Source: Pecten maximus (taxonomy: Eukaryota). Taken from it: a stretch of 64,000 nucleotides of DNA. Location of the stretch: positions 6,014,001 to 6,078,000 of the forward strand of contig NC_047030.1 of NCBI RefSeq assembly GCF_902652985.1, read 5' to 3'. Under the pieces are notes generated by a model. The model worked only from the letters and a program-made list of their open reading frames with translations. It was not told the DNA's origin and made no database searches. The translations under genes were made by a program, and so were the position numbers. Shown here one piece after another: positions 37,351-51,625 of this stretch; position 1 is the first letter of the stretch, and every line of letters begins with the position of its first letter.

Positions 37351-39546
37351 GTTGAGAGTGTTTTTGTTTACCTACGTATACTTTGTTGTGACCTATTCAC
37401 CAAGCTGAGTCCTATAAAGTAATAGACGTGTTTTCCATCTAGAATTAAAACTTTTAATATATAACGGGTCTGTTAAAAGGGAATTCCAATGTGAGTGTAG
37501 CTATGTTACTTATAAACAATCAAATCGATCCCCTAGTGGGCATTTACGTCTACAAAGACCTGCTATATTGGACTACGATAACATATCCATTACGGACAAG
37601 TCCAACCCATTATAGGGGGTAATGGGTGATTCTTTAGTTTAATCTTCTTAGAATTTCTGAATAACAAAAATCAATTTAATTATATCAAGGTAATAATTAG
37701 TAGAAATAATGATCCACAACAGCATTAGTGTTATTTTTTATTGATATGTCAGCATATGAAGGCAATGTATAACTTGATATTAAATTCAGTATTTTCTTTA
37801 TTATGTATATTCTGTAGAATGAATCATACCCAATGCATTTAAAGAATAATATTTTAAAGGTGAGTACACAATAACCATGTCGGCATACCTCAAGACACAA
37901 TGGAGTCGCCCAATACCGATGATCCTAATGCAAGTGAACACACCGGGTCATTACTATATATAGACACAGATACAAAGGTATGTTTATATTTCATAGGTAT
38001 CAGTTGATTACTTTAACGGATATCCTGTTGTTGCGTCGTGGATATATTCGTGAACATCTTTCTTGGTATTCCTTCTGATGAGCCACGGAAATTCCATTAT
38101 AAGAAAGTAATTGTTAGTACGCCGATTCTCTTGATTTTGGCGAATGCACAAATTATCGGAAGATCTCCCCAGGAGTCCCTACGACTAGTATGGTTATCAA
38201 AACTTGCTCTTTATCAGTGTTATCAATTTTAAATAAAACTGGGTCAAAGTTCGATCGTGCCCGAAAACGGCCGAACCAGCAAAAACTCGCAGTAGAAAAA
38301 GTCTTTTTATTTTTTTTTTTTTTTTTTTTTCATGTTTTTTTTTTTTTTTTTTGTTATTTTTTGTACCGACATGAGTCTGTCTAAACAGTCTGTTACATGT
38401 TAAACGCACGTCGTCCCTACACTGGACTTATTTTGTTGAGACATGACCGTGATAAAATCAGTACCCGGATTTTGAATATCAAGGCCGATGCTTACTAATC
38501 ATCATAAGCTAATTTCATTTGTATTGTTTCAGTATGCCCTATTTGGTCCAAAGATTTAAGGGAAATCTACTTGGCCAAGGGTTATGATTTCCTCCACTCA
38601 TTCCAAGATAAGACAGATTTCATTATTCATTAAATCAAAGATATAGTCAGACGTTCCTCACTGAGCCATTTTTTACTTTTATGACGTCATATTTGTTGAG
38701 ATGTTAAAAACCCAAATATAAATCCTATTATCAGTATATACATTTAACGATTTCTCCCTATTGGAAAGAAGTTTTCTATCTAATAAAAAAAATCTGGGAC
38801 CTTTGATTCGGTTATTATAGTGTTATACCAACCTGGTACAATCTTATCAGCTTCTCACCATGATTGGTTAATATCGTTTAGAGTGTTAATGCTTGTGGAA
38901 TACAGATATCGGACGATATCATCTACACATTATTGTCAACAATATTATATGATTTTGTCCTTAAATATTTCAAAAACGACGTTTATGTTTTAGATAATCA
39001 CGGAATAACATCCTTTTTTAAATTGTCATCACGTACAAAATTATATACCATATCACCACTTTTCTAACATTGACCTGTGACATGTTACCCGACTCGTCCT
39101 GTTAATCTTACATGGACAGATATGTCCTATCCGTGATCAGCGTTGCAAAAATACAATAACAAGGTGATATATACCGGTGAGTATTAATTTAACATTTCAA
39201 ATACCTTTATATAATGTCTTGTAAATGAACATGATATCGAGACCATTGTGTAGTGAAGTTCGCAAGCAGTGATCACTTTTTGTTCAATTCTTACACTATT
39301 CAAAAGGATATATTACAAATCTACCTAAACTTCGACGTCCCTGTAATGAATATGGTATCGTGGTCCAATATAGCAGGTCTTTGTAAAGGTAATGCCCACA
39401 AGGGGATCATTTTTAGATTGTTTTTAAGTAACAGAGCTACACACATTGGAATTCCGTACCGGTTATATTAACGTTTTGATCACAGCCCTAACTATACGTC
39501 TGGTACTGTAGAGGAACGTGTTTCAAATATACAGAACACTCTAAAC

Positions 39547-42500
39547 ATGGCTAAAGTAACACAACAGGAACTTGGTGAGCTGAAATCTCTAGCTGCTCCT
39601 CCGCAGATCATTAAAGATGTACTGGCAGCTGTAATGATATTGATAGGGGAACCTAATCCAAGGGTAAGTATATATATATACTTTTAATATACTAGTAGTA
39701 TATCAATCAATCGTATGTACATATAAAACAAAGTAAAATATATATACGTGAGCACTTGCAATATACCATACGATAAATAGCCTGAATGAAATTTCAACGA
39801 GGATTTCTTTATATCAAAGCTACTTTCTAAAGTTGTATATAAATATATGTAAGTCACACTAACAAGTAAAGCTACAACGATTGTTAAACACGTCAGTATC
39901 AAATATTTTCAAGACATTTACAGCACTTTCTTGACTGTTATATACCATAGCGTTCATACCTCCATAATATACCATAGCGTTCATACCTCCATAATCACAC
40001 TAAAAGTGAATTACTGCATATACCATAGCGTTCATACCTCTATAAACAAACTAAAAGTTAATTACTTTATTTACATCGAATATAATTAAGGTCTATTAGA
40101 GTATATGAACCTATGGGAAATTCAACTTATTTCTATTTTCCTTAACTTCATTGTTTAAACTGTTAATTACATACTACCGAGAGTAAGGTATATTACCGCC
40201 ATACTTTGAATAAAGTTGAATGAAATTAAGAATATGTATTCACAGCTTCCTCTGAATGATATATTATAATCATTAGTTACAATAGCATTGACTTATGGCC
40301 ATAGTTTAACGTCTATCAGTTATATCTGTTAAATAAATTCGACTTAAATTGACAGATAACCATATCCCTGTCATACTTGCGTTTTGTGCCTTGACCTTTA
40401 AAGTAGCTTTGATGCATATACAAATGTATGTGTTTTCAACAGCGCTGCAAGAGAACTCGCCAAAAGGTCTTGAAATAGTAAATATCGTTTGATATCAGTC
40501 CCTTCTAATTCTGTTGTAGGAGTATAAAACAGCTCAAAAAGTATTATCGCAGAGATCATATGACAACTCTATGATAGAAAGACTTTCGACACTAGATGTC
40601 GGCACTATCCCTATGGAGGAAGTTGTGAAAGCACAAGGACTTGTTGACGGAATAACAATAGAAAATGTTCAAAAAGTTAGTTTGGCTGCCTGCGGTATCT
40701 TTTCCTGGGTATGTATATATACATGTTTCATTTCTATATAATTGTTTGCCCAGTGTTTGTACTGTTTGGGTTTTTTTTTCATACCCTAAGGAAAATGAAA
40801 AAATGCTTAAATATATACAACTGTATATATACTGAAACGAAAAAGAAACGCAACTTCAAATTGTAGGTTTAATAAAATAATACTTGTGAGCATTATGTTT
40901 AAATTTCATATGTAATAGTTAATATTGAATATTGATGTAACATCCTTTAAATGTTTAGAGATTTTTAAGAACAGGTCACTTTGCTAGAAGGTCATGATTG
41001 GTAGTACCCTACGTGAATCCAAGTTGAAATGGCAGCAGTTTTGAAACCGTGCCCTAATATCGTGTGTGTCCTCCTCGAACAGTTATCACATCTCTAATTC
41101 TTTGTTGCATTGAGTTCATCAGGGCATTGACTTTCCGTATTGGAATGTTATTCCATTCTTGGACGAGTGCATTTGCTAACTGAGGGAGGGTATTTGGGGG
41201 GTTACGGCGATTTCGAATTCTTCTGTCTAATTCATCCCACAAATGCTCGATTGGGGACAGGTCGGGGCTATATGGAGGCCAATCTATAGGAACAATGTTC
41301 TGTGTCGCAAGAAAGTCTCTACAGACTCTTGCAACGTGTGGTCTCGCGTTATCTTGCTGAAAGGTTAGATGATGCTGCCTAACAAACGGCACAACATGGG
41401 GCCTAAGGATCTCATCCCGATAGCGTACGGCCGTTAAATTCCCATTGACTATCACCAAAGGCGTCTTCAAACCATGGGAGATTCCCGCCCAAACCATAAC
41501 TGATCCACCCCCAAATCGGTCGTGTTCCAAAACACAGGCGTCAGCAAAACGTTCGCCTCGACGCCGGTACACACGTTGACGGCCATCTGCTCGAAATAAC
41601 GTGAATCGAGATTCATCGGTGAAGAGCATAGACCTCCAACGTCTCATAGGAAAACGTCTGGGCATATGTGCCGTTGCCCATTGCATACGACGTGCTCGAC
41701 GTTGCGGTGTTAGTGGTAAACCAACGTACTGTCGCCTTGCACGCAAATTAGCCTCACGCAGTCTGTTGATCACTGTTTGGGGATGAATTCGACGGTTATG
41801 ATTACCAATCGTATTCCTTGTCGTTTCAGCGGCCGTTAATCTCCTGTTACGCAGGTGTGCCAACCTAAGAACCCGGTCTTGACGTCGCGACGTTACGCGT
41901 GGACGTCCTGATCTCGGCTGGTCATCGACTCTTCCTGTTGCGTTAAGACGTGAAACTAATCGACTAATAGTCGATTTGTGAACTCTGAATTGTCGAGCGA
42001 CGTGAAGTTGCGTGTTCCCTGCCAGAAGCATCGCTATAGCACGTCCTCTATCAACCTTTGATAACCGTGGCATAATTGTAAAAGGAATTATTGTTTGCAA
42101 AAGTATTGGCGATGATGTGGCTCAATGTTAGTGATGAATTGATACTGGTTTGAATGAAAAAAGAACGCATATGTTTGTACAGGCACGGTTTTTGATGTTT
42201 TTACCGCGCCGGAAGTGCATAGGTCTCTAGTCACACTTGGGTGATTTTGAAGATTGGTATGGGTGTTAGGCAGGGTGCATGTTTATTTCCGCGATTTTTA
42301 TACAGATATGTATATTTAATACAAAATTAATCACAATTTTCCATGTTGCGTTTCTTTTTCGTTTCAGTATATATTGAAATATCAGGAGATTTATAGAAAA
42401 TAAACAACAAGGCATAAGTATTGGACGCACTTATTTGTTCATCTGTAAATTAATTAAATTCGAAGGCAAACTCATCAACACCACAATAGCGTGACATTAT

Positions 42501-43161
42501 AAATAGATTAATATGACATACATTAGTGAACAAACAAATAGGAAAAGTGCGTTACTATGAAGACAATTGAAAACCTATATGGGTTATAAGACTTGTGTGT
42601 CGGCCTCATTGATAACACTCGCGAATCAATTCTTTGGTCAAATGCAGGTTAGTCTACGTTCTAAAAATAAGAACTTGCTTGTAATAATGACATCACCTTA
42701 CTATTAAAAAATTTGCAATCATGCTGTACTTTACATCTCGTAGATAATTAATCAAATATAAAGACGACCATTGACTTCCTGCAATTTTAATGTTTAACGG
42801 TTGTCTTCAACAGATTGTGGAGTCAAACTATTTGGCGGTAATCCTTTTAAGTCAACCGCGCGAAATTTGATAAATGTTCAACATTCATGCTTTTGATAAT
42901 AGTAGATATAATACCGATAAAAATGTCCGGGGTAAGTCTTGACCTATGTAATTGTTACTATGACACATATAAATTAAATTCCTGTTATGACGTCATTTCC
43001 GGTATTGATGAGTTGTATGGGGGAAGGAAAACCCGGCTCTGTTAGAATGATTACCCCAATTCGTCGATTATTTAATTCAGATTATTATTATAATTATGTT
43101 TCAGTTACAAGATGTACTATCCCGTGTGGGGGAGAGGACAGGAAACCTGAATAAAACCTAG
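39547..43161 (+). CDS. Stand-alone dynein-MTBD-like small protein, paralog 3 (120 aa, 3 exons; Tc1 in intron 2)
   Basis: Exons 39547-39663, 40520-40708, 43105-43161. Protein MAKVTQQELGELKSLAAPPQIIKDVLAAVMILIGEPNPR|EYKTAQKVLSQRSYDNSMIERLSTLDVGTIPMEEVVKAQGLVDGITIENVQKVSLAACGIFSW|LQDVLSRVGERTGNLNKT*. Confidence 0.83.
40830..42369 (-). mobile_element. Intact Tc1-family DNA transposon
   Basis: Perfect 25-bp TIRs TACTGAAACGAAAAAGAAACGCAAC (40830-40854 and 42345-42369) flanked by TA, enclosing an intact transposase ORF. Confidence 0.95.
41054..42073 (-). CDS. Tc1-like DD34E transposase (339 aa from ATG at 42073)
   Basis: Paired-like HTH (QLHVARQFRVHKSTISRL), GRPR linker, FTDESRF, VMVWAGI, FQQDNARPH, WPPYSPDLSPIEHLW. 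The spacing from the second D to the E counts as 34. Confidence 0.96.
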   Translation of the reverse strand: MPRLSKVDRGRAIAMLLAGNTQLHVARQFRVHKSTISRLVSRLNATGRVDDQPRSGRPRVTSRRQDRVLRLAHLRNRRLTAAETTRNTIGNHNRRIHPQTVINRLREANLRARRQYVGLPLTPQRRARRMQWATAHMPRRFPMRRWRSMLFTDESRFTLFRADGRQRVYRRRGERFADACVLEHDRFGGGSVMVWAGISHGLKTPLVIVNGNLTAVRYRDEILRPHVVPFVRQHHLTFQQDNARPHVARVCRDFLATQNIVPIDWPPYSPDLSPIEHLWDELDRRIRNRRNPPNTLPQLANALVQEWNNIPIRKVNALMNSMQQRIRDVITVRGGHTRY

Positions 43162-45118
43162 GTGGACCAAATCGACTGATGTATACGTATACTGTACGGC
43201 CAAGGTGGATTGATAAAGGGCCTTTACCAAAATACTGTCAAGTATCTAAAGGAGAATGAGGGGCTGCTACCTGGTATAAAACTTGACTCCTAACAAGCTT
43301 TTGTAAAGCTGAACTGATTCATCTTGTTCATCCAGCATATACGTCATCATTTCAAATCCATGAACATTTGATTTGCATACGAGGACAATTTCACTTCTGA
43401 ATATGCCAAACATTTCAGCGTTCTGCCCAAGGTAGCCGCTTGTGGCACCTGGTATTTTTGTCACCACATATTTAGATTTATTAATAGCATTGAATAAACA
43501 ACTCGAAATTTAATACCGTGTTCCTTTTTTGTGAGATATTTGGACAGATACATCCTATCACCAACAGTCAATAACAATTTATCAAATAACTTCCAGATTA
43601 GAGTATAAACAAATGTTATATGTCAACCGACCTTTTCCATTTACACCTGGTCACGTTTTATTATCGTTATCAAGGCAGCAATGTGGAAACACGTATACGT
43701 CCATGTACCTGATGCTATAATTTATTTTAAAAACAATAAAGAACATCAACATAATAACGAAACCATATTTAGACTCATATCGATTGGAAGGGGGTTTATT
43801 GTTGATAAGATTGTAGATTTTAAGGAATATTCTTGAAAAAAAATCCAAGGAGAAAGACCAGGTGTTCCGGAAGAGAAAGCGTCTTCTATGTCATCAACAA
43901 CACCCACCATACAAATATAGGTCAATTCCAGGTTCACAATATAAAATAAGAGTTTGATCTAGAGTGGTAACAACAGTCATATCAACGGGCATAAAAACGC
44001 TCAAAAAATAGCTCTGTATAATTTTGAGTGTCGGAAAACCGTTCAACATATCTCAATTGGAATAATCTTAATTAAAAGACACATTTGTTTATTTAGCATA
44101 CTAGCATACAATGCAATATATCATGCAGTAGAATTGTCGTTTGGCTTCATAGAACATTTGAAAATGGTTAGATTTCAGTAAGTCGAACACTGTGACGTCG
44201 GGTTAATAACATGCAAATTCGGTAGTGGTTGCGCCCCTGTCCATCATAATCGCTGATGGGAAATTCTATGTCAAACAGGACATGTCTTAACACTTACATG
44301 TAATCACAATGATGATTCTTTATTTGAAGTTCAGGACTAATCAGATGTAAACACCGTAGGTAGGGTATGCAGGGGTGTTGCTATCTAAAATGGAAAATTA
44401 GGAATTTGAAATCTTAACGCTTATCACATAGCTTAGTTTGAAGCTGTCGATCCTGGTTTCGTTTTTAGTAAAGACAGGTGGCTGGTGTTAAAGAGTCTGT
44501 AGTGTCCTTGATTTCAAATGATACAGGTTATAACTGAACGACATGGAAAATAAAGTGTTTGTTATTCAAAGATTACTCACCGTCAATATACCTATAGGTG
44601 AGATTGAAGGACTTGGCATTGGTTCTAGTAGTCTCATCGATATAGTCAGCTCTGCATTCAAACAAAAAAGGCAACCAAAAGAGAGATATAGTTTGGATAT
44701 GTCAATAGTCTGTTGGAAGATCTTATCAACAAAATATGCTGTCGATAAAAAAAATCAATCACTTTCACGATTTCAAAAAGTTAATGGATGATTGTTTAAA
44801 CTGACGTGTGTATTCTTATAATGTTTTGATATTTTTGTTGAAATTAGACAATTAAATTGAAATAATAGGGACCTATTCATTGTTCGTTGTTAAGTGCATC
44901 GTCTCAGTGTTATGATAATTGAGATGAAGTTATTTTGAAGGTAGATCAAAGGTCATCGATATTGCTGTATATTTGGTCTTCAGAACCAAATAAAATATTT
45001 GGTTTGAGAAGGAATCTGATTAGGAATAAACGGGTGTCTACAGATATAATAATTCAGTAGTAGATAGCTTGACACATCTGAGTTTCTGTTCGATACATGT
45101 AAAAATGTAGTTGATTAA

Positions 45119-45365
45119 AGGAGACACTAAAGATATAAGCAGCTTTCAATATCGGCCTTCAAAAAAATCCAAAACATTTGTAACATGTTATATGCTGAAT
45201 CGTGCCATTCAGATTAAAAACATGGAATGCATACTGTATTTCCATATGAAAATAGAGGACAAGCAAAGGCAAATATTACACTGGGATGATTATCTTATCG
45301 CATGAACTCCATTCGAAAACATTTACGGACAAGATTACAAATCCAGTAATTCCTTGTAGTGTCCT
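45119..45365. mobile_element. Possible Kolobok-like MITE
   Basis: TTAA|AGGAGACACTAAAG ... CCTTGTAGTGTCCT|TTAA; imperfect TIRs with TTAA on both sides. Confidence 0.35.
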
Positions 45366-45967
45366 TTAAGACTTTTACATCTGGTGATAAAGGGGAAAGT
45401 GATTGTGTTTATAATACCGAGACGATGCATCCATAAACGACGAACGAGAACAATCAATAGGTGCCTATTATCTCAATACATTTCCAAACAAAAAAATATT
45501 AACTCCACTAAAAAAAAACACGGGTCATTATTTCTTGACCGTGTCGTATCCCCTTAACAATCATCTTTCAACGATAACTCAAAGACAACTTGCAAATTAC
45601 TATACTAGTAATTCTGCTCTGAATTCACATTAAATACAAGAACATTTTTTGCAATGTTCATCTCGGGGAAAAGGGCACATGAAACATTTCCGTAACGGAA
45701 ATGGACATGTGTTCAAGTTCAATATTCTATAGAGCAAATAGTGAAGTAGTTAATGGTTTTTGAATGTGGTGTATATGCAGGTAGACATACGTTTTAGGCA
45801 ATAAAAAGACATATGACATGCAATGTGAGGTATCTATCAAATATATTGCGCAAGGCATTATGCAGCATCCGTATTGAAACCTTCGTATTTATGTCATTTG
45901 TCATCTTGTATTTTTTAATTACGCAAATACCAGCTTTAACACATAGCCTACTATGAGACTTAATTCA

Positions 45968-46373
45968 ATACACAAATAAACATATACAGTTTTGGGGTCT
46001 ACAAAATGAAATTTACGTCAATACAAAGATAAAAACATAGGTTTGGGGTCTTCAAAATGAAATTTACGTCTATTCAAAGATAAAAACATACAGGCTTGGT
46101 GTCTACAAAATGAGATTTACGTCAAAACACAGATAAAAACATACAGGCTTGGTGTCTACAAAATGAAATTTACGTCAATACACAGATAAAAACATACAGT
46201 TTATGGGTCTTCAAAATGAGATTTACGTCAAAACACAGAATAAAAGCATACAGTTTTGGGGTCTACAAAATGAGATTTACGTCAAAACACAGATAAAAAC
46301 ATACAGGCTTGGTGTCTACAAAATGAAATTTACGTCAATACACAGATAAAAACATGCAGTTTTTTCGGTCTAC
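45968..46373. repeat. ~53-bp tandem repeat (~7.5 copies)
   Basis: Unit gtctacaaaatgaaatttacgtcaatacacagataaaaacatacaggcttggt. Confidence 0.9.
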
Positions 46374-48432
46374 ATGTTATCATTGTTCAAGTTTAAATTA
46401 AGCCGACGACACATATTATGATTGACTGATTTGATGTTTATAGACGTCCAATTATTGGTTGTTACTGTTTCCTCTCTGCAATTGCATCTTATGTCGTATA
46501 TGTTCGAATCCATGTTAACCTCCATGACCGGAATTATTGTTGTAGCCATAATAATTTATCTATATAAAGTATCATGCCAAAGATGGTCAACTGGTTAATA
46601 TCGACTTTCCGAGAAGCCTGGTGGTATCAATTATTTATCAAGCTCAATTGCAGGATTTACAAGTTATCGTACATAGGCTACTTGTAGTCGAATCCAAAAC
46701 ATACCCTCGTACTTTCCAAGTGTGTTATATCCTATACAATTACAGGCAACACGTGTTATATATTTACACTTAGTTTATAAAATAGGTAATTGTTTTATTC
46801 CAATCTGTGCATGTGAAATAAAATCTAGATCTAAATATAGGCCTTGTAAATTTGCGATATCACGTGGAGTTAAATCGAAAATATCGGCTAAGACAGCGTA
46901 CTAGGTTTAGTATATTTCATTTCAAACAAAAGCTTTAAATACTAAGTAACTTTTAAAATCCAAACATGTTTTAAAATTATGCACACAAATAGGTCTCTGC
47001 CATTGTGAAGGCTGATTGTATGACTTCACCGTCGCTTGTGGCTTCAATCAATGACAAATGAACAAAAGAAAACACTGGTCAGTAGCTATAGACTTGTAAT
47101 TAGTCACGGCACGGTGAACTTACCACTCATCGCGTTTGCTTAAAATCGACCATGCATACCTAATACTATTTGAATCAATATAGGCTTAAGTAAATCTGAA
47201 CACAGGTAAACGTTGTAAATTTCACACCTGATTACATTTCACACCTCAGCGAGATATGCGAAGAAAAGAAAATTGGGGAACTCGATAAATCCCCAGTGTT
47301 CCGAGTGCAATTGCATCGAGAATTCCGAACAGAATTTTCCGATTGTGAACGAGGAAAATACATTTCTTAAAAGTAATTCAGGGCGAAATTAAAACGGGGC
47401 GAATATCTTTTGTGTTGCTCAAGGGCGAAAATAACCTGGGGCGAAAAATACCAGGTATACAGTAGTCAATCAAAGGTGTATACCCTTGTTAACATACCCC
47501 CGTATTAAACATATATCTATAAGAAATAACGATACATCTTGAGGAAATGGTGAAATCTCAATTAGAATCAAAGTATTTTGAGTATATCATTTATTCGTAA
47601 GCATAGGTATTGATATTTTGTGTCTTCTTTTTTCTTTGAGATCAATTTGTAGTATTGACTACTGTAAATAACAATCAACAATAATAAAGGACAGAAACGC
47701 TACCTCATATGATACATCCGACAACAAATAAGTGACCGTATTCTATGATTTAATGAAAAATGTCCGTCGGTGTCTCATGTGTATTAACGGTAGCATTTCT
47801 ACAGTTTAATGATTATATTTTTAAACTTCAGATACTCTTAAGATAGCAGGTGAGGCTTTACACTACATGTTTATCGTACACAAAATCAATTCCATGTTGC
47901 TAAGCAGGTATACGGAGCTTCCATTCAAGATGCACTAAAACATTTTCCAGAGTTCGACCATTTCAACCCTTACATACGTTTCCCATTATTTGCGGGTACA
48001 CGCAATATTACCATCTTACAATGAATAACAGAGTAGGGGCTTCGTTGTCTGGAATTTCCGTGGTATAGCTGAAGGTAGTTTCGAGACAAATTTCCTAGGC
48101 ATTTCCAATGACGTAGCCTATATTAGATGTTATATTATCATAAGGTACACATACATCACATTTACCGAATTGATATAACGTTTTGTGGGGCCTGTTTAAG
48201 GTCAGGTAATAGGTCGGCTTAAGTGTTATGTTTTTAAATATCCAGGCAACTACGACACAGTGGATAGTCTAATCGGTCGGTCTATTTCTTAATACTTTGG
48301 GCTTCCCATATAGTGAGTGTGTATATAGAGATCATATACACATACATGGATGTCTACGTGTTACGCTAGTGTATGTGAACAAGTCAGGTAACATTTGAAA
48401 TTTGTCAACTATACAAACCAAAAGTATTGAGC

Positions 48433-51400
48433 ATGGTAAGCAAAGGCGATGTTACTGAGCTGAAGTCTCTCAGTAATCCTCCGCAACACGTCAAACAGGT
48501 CCTTACAGCTACAGTGACACTGCTTGGGGAGGAAAACGCAGAGGTATGAAAACCAAGTAGTACATATTGATTCAGTAGAATCTGAATTATTCTGCATGTT
48601 ATCGGCACTGACCGGAACCGTACTTAACACTACAACTCGTGTTAGCATTAACCTAACTAACTATTTTTCTCTGTCTTTTGAGTTGTAAATTTATTTTAAT
48701 TGTTGCAAACAACAAGAGATAATTATTTTGAAACAATTTTAGATATAATACGTTTTCCAATCATAGAAATTTTAAATTATATTAAGCTAACAATGCAGAT
48801 TATATTACCTAGGGCAGATCACCTGTGTCGCTGATAAGCCAGGTAAAATACTCATGCTGTTTATATTCAATCAGAATTGTTAGCATAATTTGAAAACAGC
48901 TGTCATAACTCTTAACTTTTGATTTCTTTATAGTACAGAAATACTCACATTATCTATCATGTGCGAAATTCAAAGTTGTAAATGTGAAAGATCGTTCTTA
49001 TATTACAAATACTGGTCTACGTATCTGTATTTGTCTGTAGATGATACCCGTCTTAACATTTATATAATATTCAATATCCATACTGATTGAATTAAATCTT
49101 GGGGTAGGTCTACCTCTCTTTCCATTACTTAACAGTGATTTACTTCATCAAATATCCTTAATATATCGAAATAGTTTACATCCTCTATTTTGTGTATCGT
49201 AATTGCAACATAAAAAAGATGTTGATCAAAATCAGAAGAAATGTAGCAATGCCTTGATGTTCACCATTAAAATAACGATGATTTCGTTTCTAATATATTT
49301 GTAGGATTACAGATATGTTAAAAGAGCATTGGGTGACTCCACATTTTTGCAAAGTTTAGCAAAAATAGATGTCGGTTCTATTCCTCCTGAGGTGGCTGCG
49401 AAGGCACGTGGTTACATTGATGGTATCTCAGAGGATCAAATCCGCAATGTTAGTAAGGCGGCATGTTCCCTCTTCCGTTGGGTAAGTTGGTAAACATCTG
49501 ATCTATCAAACCCATGTTTATTTGAAGGAGAAGAATGCTGCAATGAACAAACAAGCATTGCTTTGGTTCGTTAACATTCCATGTAACATTGCTACACCAA
49601 CATAGTACTTCTTTGTTACTCGGCCTCATTTATGCTTAATGTACCTGGTTTATAAAGACCTATATTAAAACTTGTGATAACAAACTTTACTCAACGTGTA
49701 CGTAATTCTGGGTTGAATATTTCTATAATTATTATTGATTATACAGTTCTATGAGCGAGGACATCAATGTACTCCAAGACTTTTATCCTCATTTTTTGAC
49801 AGTTGTAGGAATTGGAAGATAGTTGTCATTTGTAGGAATGGGTAGAGAATAGTCAGTTGTAGGAATGGGTAGGTATTGGTCAGTTGTAGGAACGGGTACA
49901 TATTAGTCAGTTGAAGGAACGGGTACATATTGGTCAGTTGTAGGAATGAGTAGATATTGGTCAGTCGTAGGAATGGGTAGATATTAGTCAGTTGTAGGAA
50001 CGGGTACATATTGGTCAGTTGTAGGAATGGGTACATATTGGTCAGTTGTAGGAATGGGTAGGTATTGGTCAGTTGTAGGAATGGGTAGATATTGGTCAGT
50101 CGTAGGAATGGGTAGGTATTGGTCAGTCGTAGGAATGGGTAGATATTAGTCAGTTGTAGGAATGGGTAGATATTGGTCAGTTGTAGGAATGGGTAGATAT
50201 TGGTCAGTTGTAGGAATGGGTAGGTATTGGTCAGTTGTAGGAATGGGTAGATATTGGTCAGTTTTAGGAATGGGTAGATATTGGTCAGTTGTAGGAATGG
50301 GTAGATACTGGTCAGTTGTAGGAATGGGTAGATATTGGTCAGTTGTAGGAATGGGTAGATATTAGTCAGTTGTAGGAATGGGTAGATATTGGTCAGTTGT
50401 AGGAATGGGTAGATATTGGTCAGTTGTAGGAATGGGTAGGTATTGGTCAGTTGTAGGAACGGGTACATATTGGTCAGTCGTAGGAATGGGTAGATATTGG
50501 TCAGTCGTAGGAATGGGTAGATATTAGTCGATTGTAGGAATGGGTAGATATTGGTCAGTTGTAGGAATGGGTAGGTATTGGTCAGTTGTAGGAACGGGTA
50601 CATATTGGTCAGTCGTAGGAATGGGTAGATATTGGTCAGTCGTAGGAATGGGTAGATATTGGTCAGTTGTAGGAACGGGTAGATATTGGTCAGTTGTAGG
50701 AATGGGTAGATATTGGTCAGTCGTAGGAACGGGTACATATTGGTCAGTTGTAGGAATGGGTACATATTGGTCAGTCGTAGGAACGGGTACATATTGGTCA
50801 GTTGTAGGAATGGGTAGATATTGGTCAGTTGTAGGAACGGGTAGATATTGGTCAGTTGTAGGAATGGGAAGGTAGTTGTCAGTTGTAGGAATGGGTAGAT
50901 ATTGGTCAGTTGTAGGAATGGGAAGGTAGTTGTCAGTTGTAGGAATGGGTAGATATTGTTCAGTCGTAGGAATCGATAGATATTAATCAACTATAAAAAT
51001 CGGTTAATATTAGTCAGCTATAGAAATCGGTAGATATTAGTCAGCTATAGAAATCGGTAGATATTAGCCAGCTATAGAAATCGGTAGATGTTAGTCAGCT
51101 ATAGAAATCGGTAGATATTAGTCAGCTATAAAAATGAGTAGATATTAGTTAGCTATAGAAAGGGGCATACATTAGTCAGCTATTAAAAGGGGTAGATATT
51201 AGTTAAATAATGGGATATATATATATCAATCAGCTATATAATATGATACATATTAGTCAGCTATTAAAAGAGGTAGGTAAATTATTCAGCTATATAACGG
51301 GATATATATTAATCAGCTATATAATAGGATATATATATTTGCCGGCTATTAAAAGGGGTAGAAATTAGTCAGCTATAAAAATCGGTAGATATTAGTCAGC

Positions 51401-51625
51401 TATAGATATGGGAAGATATTAGTCAGCTATAGATATGGGAAGATATTAGTCAGCTATAGATATGGGCATATATTAGCTATAAGGCGTATCTTTTTACATT
51501 TTCATTTCCTTGTTTCACATTATCATAATGTACATCATTTTTACGTGTTTCAGATACATGAAATATTAGCTGCAGTCGAAAAGAGAACAAGCGATCCGAG
51601 CGCGACAGCAAAGCCACAAGCCTGA
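48433..51625 (+). CDS. Stand-alone dynein-MTBD-like small protein, paralog 4 (119 aa, 3 exons)
   Basis: Exons 48433-48543, 49305-49481, 51554-51625; AATAAA at 51826. Protein MVSKGDVTELKSLSNPPQHVKQVLTATVTLLGEENAE|DYRYVKRALGDSTFLQSLAKIDVGSIPPEVAAKARGYIDGISEDQIRNVSKAACSLFRW|IHEILAAVEKRTSDPSATAKPQA*. Confidence 0.85.
49798..51480. repeat. 27-bp minisatellite (~44 homogeneous copies to ~50990, then a diverged variant) in intron 2 of paralog 4
   Basis: Unit ttggtcagttgtaggaatgggtagata, grading into ttagtcagctatagaaatcggtagata. Confidence 0.95.

Noticed and set aside
49764-50990. 408-aa repetitive ORF (YPFLQLTNI)n and overlapping ORFs
   Set aside because: It is the translation of a 27-bp minisatellite inside intron 2 of paralog 4; the unit is a multiple of 3 and open in several frames.
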